From assembly GCF_021028975.2 (NCBI RefSeq), contig NC_059435.1, positions 19,406,001 to 19,470,000 of the forward strand: a DNA stretch of 64,000 nt. Reading direction: 5' to 3'. The notes beneath the pieces were generated by a model that was not told the DNA's origin, searched no databases, and worked only from the letters and a program-made list of their open reading frames with translations. Below, piece by piece: positions 62,272 to 64,000 of this stretch. Origin of the DNA: Sphaerodactylus townsendi (Eukaryota). The position numbers and the translations under genes are program-made. The number at the start of each line of letters is the position of its first letter. Within the stretch, counting starts at the first letter, position 1.

Positions 62272-63777
62272 CCCTACCCCATTACACTCCCCTCTCCAAA
62301 CCCCATTCTCCTCAGCTCCACCACCCAAACGTCCAGGTATTTCTCAACATAGAGCTGGCAATCCTATGTTTTATACATGCACTGAGTAATTCTAACGTTA
62401 GTCAATGCATTATACAGCTAAAAAAACAAACACATTTATCCATGTACTGGTCCCTGGTTTCATTTGAAAAGTGGAACAACTTTGCCGCTTTCAAATACAT
62501 TTTGTAAATTAAAATAAAGTACACACGCACAGGCAGGCTGTACGCTCGCTGTGTAACATCCTCAGAGGGCAAGTTACAATTTGGTGTATGAGCAGTTTGC
62601 TCAAAGGAAAGTTTTTTTTTTCTATTCTGAAATGCTGTAATTCTGGGACAAAGCGCCATTTTGTGACTAACTCCACCCACTGCGCCCCCATTTTGTGACT
62701 GGTAGCTCCTGAGCCTCTTTGGGGGAAAATTAAGTAGCTCCCAGAAAGATAAAATGTTCCCTTTCCTGGGCTACAAATGCGGCAGAATGAGGTGACAGAA
62801 TTCTGAGATAGCAGAATGGAATATACCACTTCAGTTGGGGGGGGGGGTCACATTACAAATCTGTTGCTCCCCATGTAATTACACCCTGCAAATTAAAAGA
62901 CTTGCTGGCTCTAGCCCTTTATAGTGCTGCAGTAGAGAATTACTAACATGGAAGAGCTCTAAAACATTTAATCCCACCCCTGAATTCTAAAATAGTAGCG
63001 TCCATTCTATCACCTCAGCACTCTCTGGGGCAGACCTGAGGAAAAACTACCATTTGTGACTTGATTTCTAGTCAGTGCAATAAAGAAGAGCTAGCTTTAT
63101 TACCTTATAAATTGTATTCCCTCACGCATACACAAAATAATATAAAAGAAAGACAGACACTCCCCTCCCCCCACAAAGAAATCTAATTATAGACCTTGGC
63201 ACGTGAAAGAAACGCTGGAAGGGTGGCCAGAATGAAATTCTTCATTTTGCAATCTATGTATTTACTGAACGTTTGGCTGCTGTGAAAAAATGTTGCTTTT
63301 CAATTAAAGAGAGCCCCCTGGGCAACCCAGGGGCAGAGTCTGAAACAACCGGCCGTGCACATCACACGCACTGCAGAATTATTTCTACTTAGCAAGCCCT
63401 GTGGCACAGAGCTGTAAACTGCAGTACTGTAGTCAAAAACTCTGTAATTCCAACTGTAATTCCAGGAGATCTCCAGGCTCCACCTGGAGTTTGGCAACCC
63501 TAGCCTTTCCCATCCCATTCCGGGAGCAACCATGGGCTGCTTCCACATAGAAGTTATTATCTGTGTAACTCTTGTTGTAAATGTAGAGGTGTTTGCAGTG
63601 GCATGGGGGTATCGAGAATGGACATAGCAGATTCTCTCCCATTTTCCTTGTTTCAGCCTCTCGCACCCCAACACCCTTTCTTCCCTTTTTTAAAAGTGCC
63701 TTTTTAAAAGAAGGACTTTTTAAAAAGCGGGAATTGGTTGCTACATCATAACTACTATATGGTGGCAATAGATCATT

Positions 63778-64000
63778 GGGCGTTTCCCCACTTACCTTTT
63801 CTGCCCTTTGCTGCGCACTACTCTCAGCATGCGCCATCTCTGGTGCGTGCCCGGGCATCCCCACAACCCCACACTCTGCATCAAAAGGCGCTGTTTCGAG
63901 AAGCGCCAGGGATGCCACGCGCTGAGTGGGCACAAGATCGGCAGCGTTGGGGCGGCTGCATTGTCACCGCCCCTGTAGTGGGGAGTGCCGGGGACCCCGC
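63778..64000. mobile_element. PIF/Harbinger-like MITE, cut by the window end
   Basis: Left TIR gggcgtttccccactt; homologous to 6804-7083. Confidence 0.75.

Noticed and set aside
76-63933. Most ORFs in the six-frame track
   Set aside because: They are short, lack splice-consistent homology, and mostly overlap GC-rich MITEs or SINEs. Recurrent peptides (e.g. MVILPRDFCLSYAPP) reflect repeat copies, not gene families.
58297-64000. Search for the preceding SUGCT exon (..DVFVENY.PGKL..GLGY..)
   Set aside because: No matching frame was found by eye; presumed to lie beyond the window end.

Overview
Vertebrate genomic DNA, most likely from a squamate reptile (gecko-like, judged from the repeat families), with one 137-N assembly gap at 30444-30580. 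The window appears to lie inside the SUGCT gene (succinyl-CoA:glutarate CoA-transferase, CaiB/BaiF family III; human C7orf10) on the minus strand. Three coding exons with canonical GT-AG borders are visible: 58205-58296, 53633-53776 and 39888-39983. No other SUGCT exon was found, so 1-39887 is read as part of one long intron. Nearly all entries in the ORF track are spurious or transposon remnants. The introns hold many dateable transposable elements: hAT MITEs with 8-bp TSDs (including SPIN/URR1-like and Myotis-nhAT-like copies), PIF/Harbinger-like MITEs, a Tc2-like MITE, CR1, L2 and RTE-X-like LINE 3' ends, tRNA- and 5S-derived SINEs, a solo LTR, and a DIRS retrotransposon that keeps its ITR/ICR architecture. 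The most notable signal is a set of short Penelope-derived insertions carrying minimal hammerhead ribozymes: both intact cores are antisense to SUGCT, while every sense-strand core is broken. I found no support for a wholly new protein-coding system; family names come from recognition and need database confirmation.
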